Origin: Catajapyx aquilonaris
Lineage: Eukaryota
Assembly (NCBI GenBank): GCA_000934665.2
Contig: KZ538769.1
Location: 1-64,000, forward strand
Length of the DNA: 64,000 nt
Reading direction: 5' to 3'
A program made the translations under genes and the position numbers. A model generated the notes under the pieces. It made no database searches. It was not told where the DNA came from and was given only the letters and a program-made list of their open reading frames with translations. Shown piece after piece: positions 1 to 13,000 of this stretch. How positions within the stretch are numbered: the stretch's first letter is position 1; each line of letters begins with the position of its first letter.

Positions 1-3000
1 TAACTGTTTTTGGGTTTGTGCGGCCCCTCAGGTTCATTATCAACATTTACATCCCGCTAAGTAAGAAATTAACATAGTGGCAGCAATTTTTACCAGAACC
101 CACAGAAATTCACTGTCCAAGGTATAATCGTATTTATTTCAGTTGTTAACTGTCAAATGAACTTCAAATTTGGTATCCTCCTAGCTCAATTGTTACTATT
201 CATAATTATCCATTCTAAAGTCCAGATAATCTTAATGGAAACTTTTTATCACATCCTGTGTATAACCCCACCACTCCATTTTTTGGGGGTGTCCCAATAT
301 TTTCAGATCAGAGCAAGTACTTTTGATGCTTTTCCAAAATAACTTGGACAAAGCTATATTATCAAGCGTTCTGTACAGTCACTCAATAAAATGAGAATCT
401 CCGAATAAGATTCATATGTAAACTCCACGTTTCCAGATTTCACGTCACGCAACATAAAATATTCTGCCACAGTGTGCCGTAATGGATTTGTAGTGTTGAA
501 ACGAAAGAATAAATAAGCGTCGCTTCGAATATATCAGTCAGGCTCGACAACAAAAAGGAAAAGAGACGCAGGCGAGGCGGCGCTACAGAATATATCAAGG
601 GGGCCTGGGAGGGGGAAAAAAACACACACACAATACAAAAGGCAGCGTAAATCAATGTCCGCACACTGGAAGCGCTGTCCTTTGCCACCTAGGGTCACAA
701 CCGAGTCTCGTTACCGGACAGGAATCGAGAGCAGGTCGACTCTTCATCTCGTGTGACGACTATCGGCATTTTCAGCTCCACTCACAGCACTGTAGGATGT
801 GACAGGGATTCACTCTCAAACGGCTCAAAAAATATTGCGTGTAACGCATGCACATTTGTGGCAGCCTACCCAAATAATGCGGCAAGTGAATCGATATACA
901 GCTGTCGGTTATGAGGATGGACTAAAGTAAACTCTTCTCCGATCGGTCCATTATGCGGAAATCTGGGAACTTGTGATCGGTGTTCGGATAGCCGAACAAA
1001 AATGCGGGGATTGAGTAAGTGAATATGCATGAAGGAAGGGTAATGAGCACGGGGATCCCAGCTTGAAAAATCAATTGCGGTATGTCCTTTGGAGACCGAT
1101 CAAAACGTCCCGCCCAAAACATCCTGGACCGGCTCCATATATTCTAGAGGATTACGCTAATGACTCAAAAAACAGGGCACGGAAAAAAGAACCCGAGCCC
1201 GACCAGCTGAAGCGTACAGAACGTGCTATATGGCTGGGGATTAAAATAATTTTGCATTACTGTACGCAGGGGAGTACCTCATACTTCACGCTCATTAAAC
1301 TCTGCTTACACCTAAGGCTAAATGTATATGGTACTGTACGAAATCATTCAAGTATTTCACTCACTTCCAACTGACCTGCAGTAGGCCTAATTTATTATTA
1401 TATTTATTATAATTTTGTGTCGATGATGAAAATATGACACGGAGTAATAGAATCATAAATCATCGAGGCAATATTATATGATAAAATCATCCCAGCATTT
1501 ATTACATTTTGACAATATGTGCATATATCGATATTCAATTACACAATGTATCGATACACATCGATATCAACGAATGACGTCAATGGCACTGATTGGCTGT
1601 GGCTACATTTTACTCCTCCCACTCCCCCACTTCGTCGCAGAGATATTCGGCAGGAACTTCTCTTTTATATATGCGAATACATAGAGAGAGATTCGGCGCT
1701 TTCCATTCGCTCCTTGACGTCTCAATCCCGGGGTATGTTCGATGAAATTTAATAAAAGCCGTTCTCAACATGGCCATACTGTTTTTTGTGCTTGACTGAT
1801 CTGCATATATAGGCATACACGCAGGCTGTGACAGCCTTGATTCCGTCCTTCTAAAGAAGAGATGACCCGCGGAAGGCTCATTGTTCCCAGCTTTTCGTGG
1901 CCTTTCCAGAGGCAAACAAGCAGTGTGCACAAAAGGGGAATCCCAAACACCGCAGCTTTTCACAATATCGCCCGTTAGGCAATTCGCAAACAACGGATCC
2001 GCTGGCTGCTATATCGTTAAGCAACCGCGATTGGAAAATACCGCCGCCACCCAGAGAGAGTGCTTGAATGTGTAAAACATTTTCTCCTCCACATCCACGT
2101 CACATGCGCAAATATGGACATCAAATTTTTGTGGAAACAATCGTCAGAAACGTTGAGTCCCCTTGTAATCATCAACTCTCAGCTTCCACGTGCCACAAGC
2201 AGCTCAAAAAAAAAATGAAGCAGCAGCGGAATCGATTGTGTCCAGAGAGTGGTCAAGAGCAACAGAGGAAGATTTACTGCCCGCCGAACGCCCACTGTAT
2301 TCCGAGCAAGTTGTCGTGCAATGAAGTCGCCCCCGTAAAACGTTGCGCCCCTAACCCAGCCCCCTTTCCCGAAGATTAGGGACCATCCTCCTGGTTTGAG
2401 GCAAAAGCAGAAAGCGCAGTCGCTGCTGGTGCCCCCGACGCCCTCGACGCTGCATACGCCGTATAGTTCTTCCCCGGGCCCCGAAGGGTATGTGACCATG
2501 TGATTCAAAGTGCCGGGGTGGTGTCGACTCGACGTGTTCCGGAGTTTTCCTAACTCATCTGGCTGTGTGTGATAATATTTTTCGCCGATTTTCCTGAGAG
2601 GAAATGATGTGGCCATTTAGTGGCGGGTAAGTAATAAGTGTGATGATGCCACTCCCCAATTTTGTAAATCGCATATATTTTGGACACATGCCCTCATCGC
2701 ATTAAAAAAAAATTAAGGTAGAGTTAGAGAGCGCACTTTCACTAACAGTGACTTGCAAGGTGCCCTCCAAAATCCTGTTTCTCCCGAAATTATTCCCGAA
2801 GGAGTTTCCCACGGATCCCCCCAATTTGCGGCGGCACAACGCAAACAGCGTGCTTTGGTTAGGTTTAATGAGCTGTACATGTAAACCCCAAAACGTCGTT
2901 CCTAGTAATGAAACTCTAGGAGTGAACTCAAAGAACTTCTGGAAAATACCGCCTTTAATTTGTTAATGCGAGTAATTAGAGTAACCTGGCAATGGCACAT

Positions 3001-6000
3001 CTAATTGGGAGCTCGGCCTTTTGTCGCCGACCTTTTCCGATGAATGATGCTGGTTTTTCAATTCGCTGACAGCCGAGTTGGTCTCCATTTGTGTGTATGA
3101 AAACCTCAGCAGCTGTGTTATTGAAGCCAATCATATCATTTTTGTCGATTTGAATTTATGCGTCACATCAGCAATTTTTAAGTTGGTTGGCTGGCCGCTT
3201 TTTCGCTTATTGCTCCCCGATCCTACATTGGTGTTTCAGCACTCGTTTTTCACACATCATCACTAACAACCGCGTTCATTTATTTATTCCGTGCGGCAAT
3301 TCATATCGCCGGATCTATTACTCATCAGGAAACAATTAATGTGGCGGATCGATCGTTTGTATAATGCACCGCGTTTGAATTTACTCGATTTGAATACTTG
3401 GAATTCTTTTTGGAATAATATTGTGCACTTGCAAAAGTTAAGAAAATTCTTAACCAACCGAATCTTTCCCGCTCGCAAATAATGAAGAAGTTTGATTCTA
3501 CCCATTGCACTCGAGCATTTACTGTATAGCTTAGAGGCAATTTGGACGCCAATGTATAGAGTTTCCTCCGAGATTGCACTCTTTAAAATGTTGCTCTTCC
3601 GCCACTCTTTTCGTAACAATCAATAGGATGTTCCTGTCTCAGCCAACTCAAACACAACCTCGATTACTCAGTGCAGTGTGCCACTACTTTTCCAAACCAT
3701 CAATGTTAGTTAGTGTTTTTTTTCCATGTATTTTTATTGAGCGATTGCGAACTAATCGCATACTACACGCATTTTTTAAATGAACAAAGACATTTTAAAA
3801 TATCGAACCATTTCTACACTTCTTATGAAGCTGTCCTATCGCAACAATTCGCAGAATCTCACCGTGAGTATACGCAGAACCCGCGATGCAATCGATATCC
3901 ATAAAACCCGTACAAGGAGTGTATCGGTGTCGATGTGGCGAGAGTGGGTCGAGGCTGAATGAGGAAATAGTCGGCAAGAATGTGGTAGAGGGGGAAAGGA
4001 ATTCATTCCTATTGGTGAGAGAAGGACTCGGATGAAAATCCAATCCGGGGAGATGCCCCAGGACCGACTCAAGCTCTCGGGACCTGTGGTGCTGGATACG
4101 AAATGCTACTTCAGTGGGACATATTGCAATCCGGACACCTCGCATGATCACGTCTCTTTTTCTCCATTAAACTCCCCCAAAAAAGTGGAATGACAGCTGC
4201 TCTAACGAACTTGTTCTCCCCAGTGTCAGAGGCGGTAAATGCCTAAGAGCGATTGCTTTTCGAGTGCACACCGGATTCTCTCCAGGCTTGGGATATCCTC
4301 CAGGGGCCATCCATTCATTCAATTTGAAGGCGGGCCGTCAGAAAATGGCGAGGCCCTAAATTACCGCCAAGCCATTTTTATGTATTTAAAAAAACAGTGA
4401 GTAAATTCACACACTTTGCACAAATGACATCCATTCGCCCGGGTTTTTAATTATTGCTGGTAAGGACGGGGCCGCTTTTCGGCTTCTCATTAAGCAGCGT
4501 CTGCAACAATTACTCAGAGTGCTGAAAGCCTTCCCTAAAAATGAGCTCCCAGTGGTTTATCTAACAATTCCACACGGGGTCCAAAAGGCTCTGAAAATAC
4601 ACCCCAGGAGGAGCATTATAACAACTGAATCGTGCAAGTACAGCAGTTCTGTCATGTGGTTCGTTAATTTGGGGGCCACTTTTCATGCCTCCCAGAATTT
4701 TCGAGGCATATACGATATACCCGCGTTCACTTAAATGTCTCCTGAGCTTTGGACTTGGGCGATCACTGTCCCGATGATTATAATGCGGACAGTGATGAAT
4801 TGCGCTGCTTTAATAATCGAGGGGGAGAGAGAGGGAGAGAGAGATCTACCGTGTGGTACTCCAAGCGAGACAGACGATTGTCTATGTGCATAACCAATTT
4901 ACTTTGGAGGAAGGGGCTGCAGTGTATGATTATATTTCGCGCAGTGTAATCTAACAGTACCGGCATGACCACAGGGCTACTTGCAAATAATTGTTTTGAT
5001 TAGTTTTCATCTAGACAGTTCGCTACACTGTATCCGGTTGCATGATTGAATCAATCCCACATGTACTGATTGCGTGTATACCTGGGCTTGCATGTTGACA
5101 TTCATAAATGTAAGTGTGGCTGCTCGTAAGTGACTAACTTGATTTGGCCAGAACTATCCCTTGATTTGATTGTATGAAACTGAATGGCTCTAAGTCCATT
5201 CGTACAATTAGACCCGATCGTACAAATGGATATTTCTGACAAATTCGAGTTAAATACTGATTAGTATAGCTATACTTTCTGGATGAGACTACCCTCCAAA
5301 AAGTATATCCCCAGATGTTTACGCAACAAGGGGATAACATTTTAGTACAACGGCTGAAGTACTGGTGCAAATTTGCAATCCGATTATGCAGATTATTCCC
5401 TAATTTAACTACCTCCCTATAGCCAAACTCCACCGTAAACTGCAGGGACGTCCGTGTCACACTCGACGCTTATACGGTATATCACGCAGGATAAAGTAAT
5501 AGATATATATTTAAAGCGATTTGTTTATGCTAAATGGCACTTGTACTAGCATCTGTACTACGGTATATTATGCTACTATCTGCTGGTGTTTCCTCCGGTT
5601 GGTCACACATATTAAAACCACATCATTTTTAATGCCCATGCAGTTTGCAAGCAAAACCACAAGAAACAGATGTTGACGCATATAAAACTCTGCCTGCAGC
5701 CATCAGCTATGTGCCTGGTATTACGAGTGGCAGCGCAGGCATTTTCGAAGCGTAAAAGACACTTTTATGGTTGACTTGCTATTCTCTAGTCAGTCTAGTG
5801 GATGATCACGCTTCCAGCATTTAAATACTTCTCACTTCCAAGATAAAAGTGAACAGGCGCGTCCTTTATATAGGTGGCCGGATAATACGATGGCATATTT
5901 CCCACCGGATCAGAAGAGATTATTCCTTCAGGGTCGTCTCTTCCGGGCACTCAGGTTGATTTGTTATTCGCCAAGTTTTGGTTGGAAAATAAAAATGGGA

Positions 6001-9000
6001 CTCTCACAAAAGGTCTGCTTCTCTCGCCTGGTAGTTCCTTTCTTGTGTGACCGGATTAACACACACTGGATGAGCACACGCATACACACGTTTCATTAAC
6101 CCCATACGTGGAAACCGCGTTCGATTGTACTGTATTATCATAATTGGGATGACGGTGGCATGGCGTATTGAGCACATCAAAGGATGGAGCTCCAATTAAA
6201 TCCGAGAGGATTAAATACCTAGCATTATAAGTACCTTTCAAATCAGAATGCTCACGTACATTTGAGAGGACGGAATTGAAATCCATCAGTGTTGTAGCGC
6301 TGAATAACGTCAGAAGATTTATAAGCCCAGCAGTTCCTTTCAGTTATGAGACATTTTCAATAGCCTAATATTTAATATCCGCTCCGACCTTTAAAACAAC
6401 GTGGTGCAGACAAAGAAGAAAAGAACTTGAGACAAATCGTCTTTATCGGCAGTTAGCACCCTATAAGGGTCCCATTTTTGTCCCCATTTGCTCCGAAAAT
6501 GTGCCATAAAGACCCACGATTAAGTTTCATTCCTGGTCTTGTACCAAAGGGGCGTCACCCATCGAAGGAGTATAAATAGGATCATATTGATCCCTCCGAC
6601 CATCTATAAAGCACAGTCCGACTTTTTTTTCCAATTAACCCCATCCGACCGAGAATTTTGGAATGACCGATAACCACCCCCTACTTGCACATGGAAATAT
6701 CAAAAGGCTATTTGCGCTTCCAGCCTGCACGCACACCACAGCGCCAGATTTAGAAAAGCCCAGAACTGGATGACAGCGGACGCGGGCTATTCACAACCTC
6801 TAAGAATGGCCAGACTCCGCAGTCCTGGAGAATCAAAACAGTGCATATCTGCATCCCATGCCGTCGACAAGTGATGGGATTAATTAGCGGGTCTGAATAA
6901 GTGGGAATAATTAATCAAATCGAACAGAGAGCACGGCAAGAATTACACGCCATATTCCCCTTCCCATTAGGGCCAAACACGACCAGAATTAAAAATGGAT
7001 TAAACCAGAAGTGAAGGGCTGCTGGCTCTGAAAAGTGGCCGCAGGTCCCAGGTTGCTGATGGCAGCCAGATCCTCCTATTCTCTATGAAGTATTCACTCA
7101 ATGAACCATAATATGCAAGCCTGAACAAAACGCGTCATATTCAGAAACATGGAACCTAGTGTGGACTAAGGCACGATGGACTAGCGGTGTTGCCATGTTA
7201 TGCTCGAGACATTCGGTTTTTTAGTGCCAATTGAGACCCGTGCTGCTCTTAGCCCTAATTCCAGAGCTAACGAAATGTTTCCGTGTAAAATCCTCGACGG
7301 CAACATCTGAGGAGGAAACGGAGCGATCCTTTCACGCCCGATGCAATATGGCAAGAGTAGTGTACCCAGCAACCTCAGCCTCGCATCAGGCTGGGAATTG
7401 TGCCAGATCTCTACTACAAGGAGCTTCGAATGAGATCCTTTTTACAGCCTTATTCTTCCTGGAGACCCTCGTCCCATTTCGTATTCCCACCCTAGTCCAA
7501 TCTTTCCGCTGATCACAAATTCGGAGGCCAAAAGAATGCGTTACTAGGCAATCCGCGACGGTGAGATCAGGAGTCGAGTGTCTAGACCGGAAGGAACAGC
7601 GAATATTATTGGCTACTGTAATAACAAAAGAAGTGGCTTCTGGGGAAACCCCCGCCTCTGTTGCTCTACAACTGATGTGCACTGATGTGTTTCGTGTCGA
7701 GTTGTTTCAGAAATTCAGGATCAATCAAAGGACGGAAAGGAGGTTTGCAGCAGGGAAAAATATTCAGAAAGCTTTTTCCGCTTAAAATAGGTCAAGCACA
7801 ACGCAGATGATACGCCACAACTACAAAAGTTAGCAATCAAACATGGATCTGCCTCAATGCGCACGTGTACAATAGGAAATTACCATGCAACACGTCTAAT
7901 CCAAAACAGTCACATACTATATAGGCTATAGTATAATCTCCTTTCATGCCTAAAGTGGTTATTGGGTCGCCTTTCTCTGCTTCTCGAAATTTGCAATTAT
8001 GTGCACTAAATCGTGCGAGTAAATAAAAATGTGAATGTACGGCATGACGCGAAAACACTGTCAGGGGCAATGGCGTTATATGGGACCAATAATTGCTTTA
8101 CAACTGATAGTCCGTTAGAGGCCAAAGTGATTTATGTAGCAAACATTGATCAACTGCCAGCAGATAATCTGGATAATCCTTTTGCCTTTTCTCCGCATAA
8201 AAATAAATAGTTGCGAATATTGTCGCTTCACAAGGCAGCATTTCCCATTGCGCACAATTTCATCATACATGTAAGTCGACGGACCAGGCTTAGACCTTTC
8301 CGGAATTTACATAATTTGATTGCGACCGAACGAACGGGTGGATTCTCAAGCTTAGCTGGCAGAATAGATTATCCAATTTCGCCTTTTTTGCTTTTAATGC
8401 CTTACGCACATCTGACCACTTAGTTATGTCAGCACCCCACGAATATGTTCATTAGCTACTTTTTCTTGGCCATGCATCACGTACAGAACAATTTACGTCA
8501 CTGGCCAAACGTATTGAAAGGGGGCCTGAAACTTTTTAAGAAATACGTCGCACTTATATCAACCCAAGCTGCGACTCCGGGAATGGCCAGATCCTTAGAA
8601 CTCAGCAGCTACTGAGAGGTGACGTCTTCCAATTCCAGCAAGATGGAGTTACGCCTCCGTCTGTGATCAATGTCTGAGCCATAAAAAAACCTAATAGGCT
8701 CATCAGTCACAGAAGTGAAGCTCCACCAACGACTCCACAAAAAAGAACAGCTTGTTCATCACCGGCCTCTTATACTCTCGGGATTAATTTGCCACTGGTA
8801 GCATTCAATCAACCAATTGCTTCAAAAAAAAACCGAAAGGGCATTCGTGGTCTTGCACTTTACAAAGTGCACCAGACGTAATTGTCGCATAATTATCAAG
8901 CATTCTAACTCCGCAAGCGGATGATCAATAACCCTTAGTTATAAACGTCCGAATGCCCGTGTCAGCTAATAAGGACGCAAATTCCACGGGCCTGACACCC

Positions 9001-9869
9001 ACACATATAGTACGTACACAGAGAGAGGTGGTGATGATGAAGCAACTTGGCAATATATCACTTCTGGGTAAATCCCCCCGCAATGTCCCAGAAGATGGAG
9101 CACCTCCCACATTGTCCCAGCCTTCTGCATAGGGCGTCATTATCGAGGAGGGCTAATTAATTTGACGGCAGGTGCCAGCCCGGTTAATAAACCCCCGGTA
9201 TACATTAGCTGACCCACCGCCAATTATTCGGCCTGCTGATGGCAGCTTTTTGACCCGGATTAGCTGGCCCTTCTCTATCATCAGACACACCGTATTGTCG
9301 TAAATGCACAGGATGTTCCACAATAATATTTACAAACTGGGGGATTTACTTCTGCTGGGATTGGTCCACAAGATTTAAAAAAACACCCTGTAAAAATGAC
9401 ATCTTGTCGGTGCAGCGTGTATAAAAGAAGCTCTGGCAATATACGGGGAACTGGCAGGTTGCTCAAAAGACTTTCGTGCAAGAGAAGCATTCGATCAAAT
9501 TGGAAAATGCTCCAGGCTGGGGTAATCACGATGAAGGATGCTGCTGGGATGGAAGCTGCAAAGTTTCGGGCTTCTTCACCTCCCAAAAAGTTTAATAACA
9601 TTAAACCTCCGAGTGCCAACAACCATGGCAATAATGGAACATTAGAGAGGAAGGTTCTCTAAAATTTCGGCATCGCACAAAATATAAACTTGGGGATTAC
9701 CCGGATATGGAAGGAGATCACGCAGGGTATACTGTACGAGGGTATATAATATCACCATGGATCAACTAAAAATACACTAAAGGTACAGTAGTACAGTACA
9801 CCAGCATACATAACGTTTCTGGCAAATCATTGGCAAGGTTTCTGAAAGCACTTGGAATGTGGTGCTATA

Positions 9870-10015
9870 CCAAGGGGTTAGCAACTCCCCAAAAAAGTGT
9901 ACACCAGATCTTGGAACCGGTAGGTTCCACCCGGTTCCAAGCCGGTTCCACATCTGGTTCCTTGGCCAGTGTGTACACCTGTTTCAGGGAGTTGTTAAGA
10001 ATGCTAACCCCTTGG
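9870..10015. mobile_element. Foldback / MITE-like element with GGTTCC-repeat centre
   Basis: Perfect 14-bp inverted repeat CCAAGGGGTTAGCA / TGCTAACCCCTTGG. Inner inverted pair CAACTCCC..GTGTACAC / GTGTACAC..GGGAGTTG. The centre has four GGTTCC and one GGAACC. Confidence 0.6.
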
Positions 10016-13000
10016 GTGCTAGATAATGGAAATTCCAAGAAGTCCGGCTGGGTTCCTTATATGAAAGTCTAAAACCTTTCTCGCCTTTATAGGACACGCC
10101 CTTACACAAGGACTGATAAAATTGCATTTTTATTCAAAGCTTAGCAAATACTGTGGTAGAGTGCTTGGAATAAGTTGTGTGTAAACTGAATACCGATACT
10201 TTGCGTATGCGAGAAAAATTTGTGTTAATGGTAGGTGTTGAATGACTTAATTCCTCACAGGTGCAAGGTGACGAAAGTTTTCCTGAACATTTGGAACCTT
10301 ACTGAGAGAATGTACCGTTTCCGGGCAAGTTCATGAATTCATATTTGCAGAAACCTACAACATACTGCAAAACCAATATCCACCAATATCCAGTGACAGT
10401 AAAATTTGGCAAAAAAACATGTGGTTTCCCTCAGATGTGGCGACCTGAAAACATTCCGTGTGGTTGAAGGAATTAACGTGTATTATAGTCCCCCCTATAT
10501 TTTGCTGCATAATAGAAAACCGCAGAACAATGCCACGATTATTAACTATGGCTGCTGTAACAGGAATAATTCACGCGAAAGAACTATTTTCCCGACATCA
10601 AGAGTAACACTCACATGTCCTATATAAACGTGTTCAAAATATTCGGCTCAATAAATTGTGAAATAATGTGTTCCACCACTTCATGTATGCGGACTTGTCT
10701 GGCATGTAAAATTATCAACAACGAATTGTAAGCATGAGCAAGCATGCAAGCATTAAATATTATAGGTTAATACAAAAGCTGATCATAATTATTATCATTG
10801 TTGTTGTCGGTTTTGTTGTTGGTGTTATTATTAATTCGCCCCAATGCTAAATATGCTAAAGCTTTCTCGTGCGAAAACAATAGAAAAAGGAGCACATATG
10901 CCAATATATTTTTTCATGGGTCGACCTCTGGCACCAGCTGAGAGGAAGCAAGACGGTTGCGGTAATGACCTCTAGATCTCAGTGCTTCCACACTCGACTT
11001 TATAGTACCGCAATAGGTCTGGTTGGTAATTAACCGATTACCCTCCCAGTGTCTGCTTGTAAATCAGAGGATATATTCATTAGACTGCATGCATTAAATG
11101 GCCGTTCAAACCCGACCATCCCCAGCTAGGCAACATGGCCTGAAAAGCACTTCTCTGCACACATGTGAATATTGCATTTTCCAGGTCGTTTTTTTGCACA
11201 CTTATTATGTAACAAGCGGTCATTTGAAGCGCGATCCCCTCTTTTCAGGCTGAAAATGCGGCTAGACTGCGGAACGAGATGAATTACAAACCTGATGCAC
11301 AGTACAGTACATTTCAAACACACATCATGTACGACGTACTGCACATCACTTTGAGTGCAATTTTCACACGTGCTTTTGCTGCTGGCATCCACAACTCTCT
11401 TATGTATACCGATACAGTACATACATTTTGTATAAAGCAACAAGACAAGTTATAAAGCTTGAATGAGATGAACACTGAGCGACCACGTTTCACACAACTA
11501 TCTCCGATGACTGCCGGAACTGTGGCTTTAGAAAATGCCACTGGTCAAACAGCAATGCATCACTATACCTGCATCCTTTGACACTATCATGCAAAAGCAC
11601 TGTGTATTTTATGCCATAATAGTCGAGTAATTGGTGTAATATTTGGCATCACCATGTCATTCCGGCCCAATTCCACTCGTTAGTTCAAGTTCCATCCACT
11701 AAACCACACGAGTACAAAACAGCACGCACTGCAGGATTTTACATTTGCTCTGAATAAGTGCACCATCCCTAGTATAAAACTCTTAAAACACAAACCTGGC
11801 GTAAGTACTGTTATAATATTTCATTTAATACGTATGCACAGAAAAATACAGCTTTCACTTACTACTTAAAGGCCAATTAATATTTCGTGTAATTATTATC
11901 AGTAGCAGGCACATCCTGACAGCGGTGTACTACCTCGTAGATCGTTGATGTAATGCGTACCAAACATGTCCGGGGGCAAAGTAACGACAATCAGATTCAT
12001 TTCAAAAACACGGATGCAGGAGCTGCAATAAAGTCAAATTATTAATAAAAATGTAATGACCGCATACGTAATTCGCTTAAAACGTACTGTTCAATCCCGG
12101 CAAGTTTAAACCAGCACCGCATAAATGATTGCTTATGAATCCTAATCAGAGCAGACACCTTTAACCAGATGCATTACAAGCCGTGAAAGTTGAAACCTTC
12201 CTCTGAAAACTCGTACATGACGCGATCCCATTTAACGTGCAATTTCAGCCGCTCGCCACTTTGTCCGATACGCGACTTATACAGCAACTGTGGGTTTACA
12301 GTAATTATACTAATCGCCCCTACCGATCATGCTAACCAGCAGATGAAAGTGACATGTACGAAAATCTGTGTGTTTTACTATATTTTAGGTTTGGAAGTGG
12401 GAAGCTTGTATTTCAGAGTGTAAAAACTTGAAACTGTTCAGGCCATAGGTGACATAAAACAAATACTAAATTGCGCTTTTTGCCACTTGAATAGAGTACG
12501 GCGAATGTGATCATTTGCATGCACACTAATACGCACTAGTGAGCACCGAATAAAATTAAGAGCACTTCCTCAGTATTTATTCCACGATATTTACCAAGAG
12601 CTACTTAAAATTTCTTCTCCCAACTAAACACTCGGGTCGAACAGAAGAAACGCTGTTTACACCACTGATAAAACGAGTGCAGAGCAAACTCTCTCTCGCC
12701 TATAAAAGGAGTATATAGTTGTGAAGACTAAAGCCCATCGACTAAAAACCGCCATCGTGGAAACAGAGCCGGTTTGAGACGCTTCAATATAAATTGAACG
12801 GGCGGTAAAAGCACGTCAATACGAGAGTGGAGGATTCGAAAAGCAATTTTAAAAAAAAGTTGACAAAAAAATGCAGCGTCGCATAAGCTTGACAAGATAC
12901 TGTCGTGCGCACACCGGGGCAAGGAAATTTTTTGGTAAGGTCCCAACTTCTCCACGTGTAAAACCGAGCGTGACGGCTGTTTTAATTAGAAACTTTCCTC

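Noticed and set aside
9905..9965. Short GGTTCC repeats as a CRISPR-like or iteron array
   Set aside because: Irregular 6-9 bp units inside a eukaryotic foldback element, with no repeat-spacer periodicity and no cas genes.
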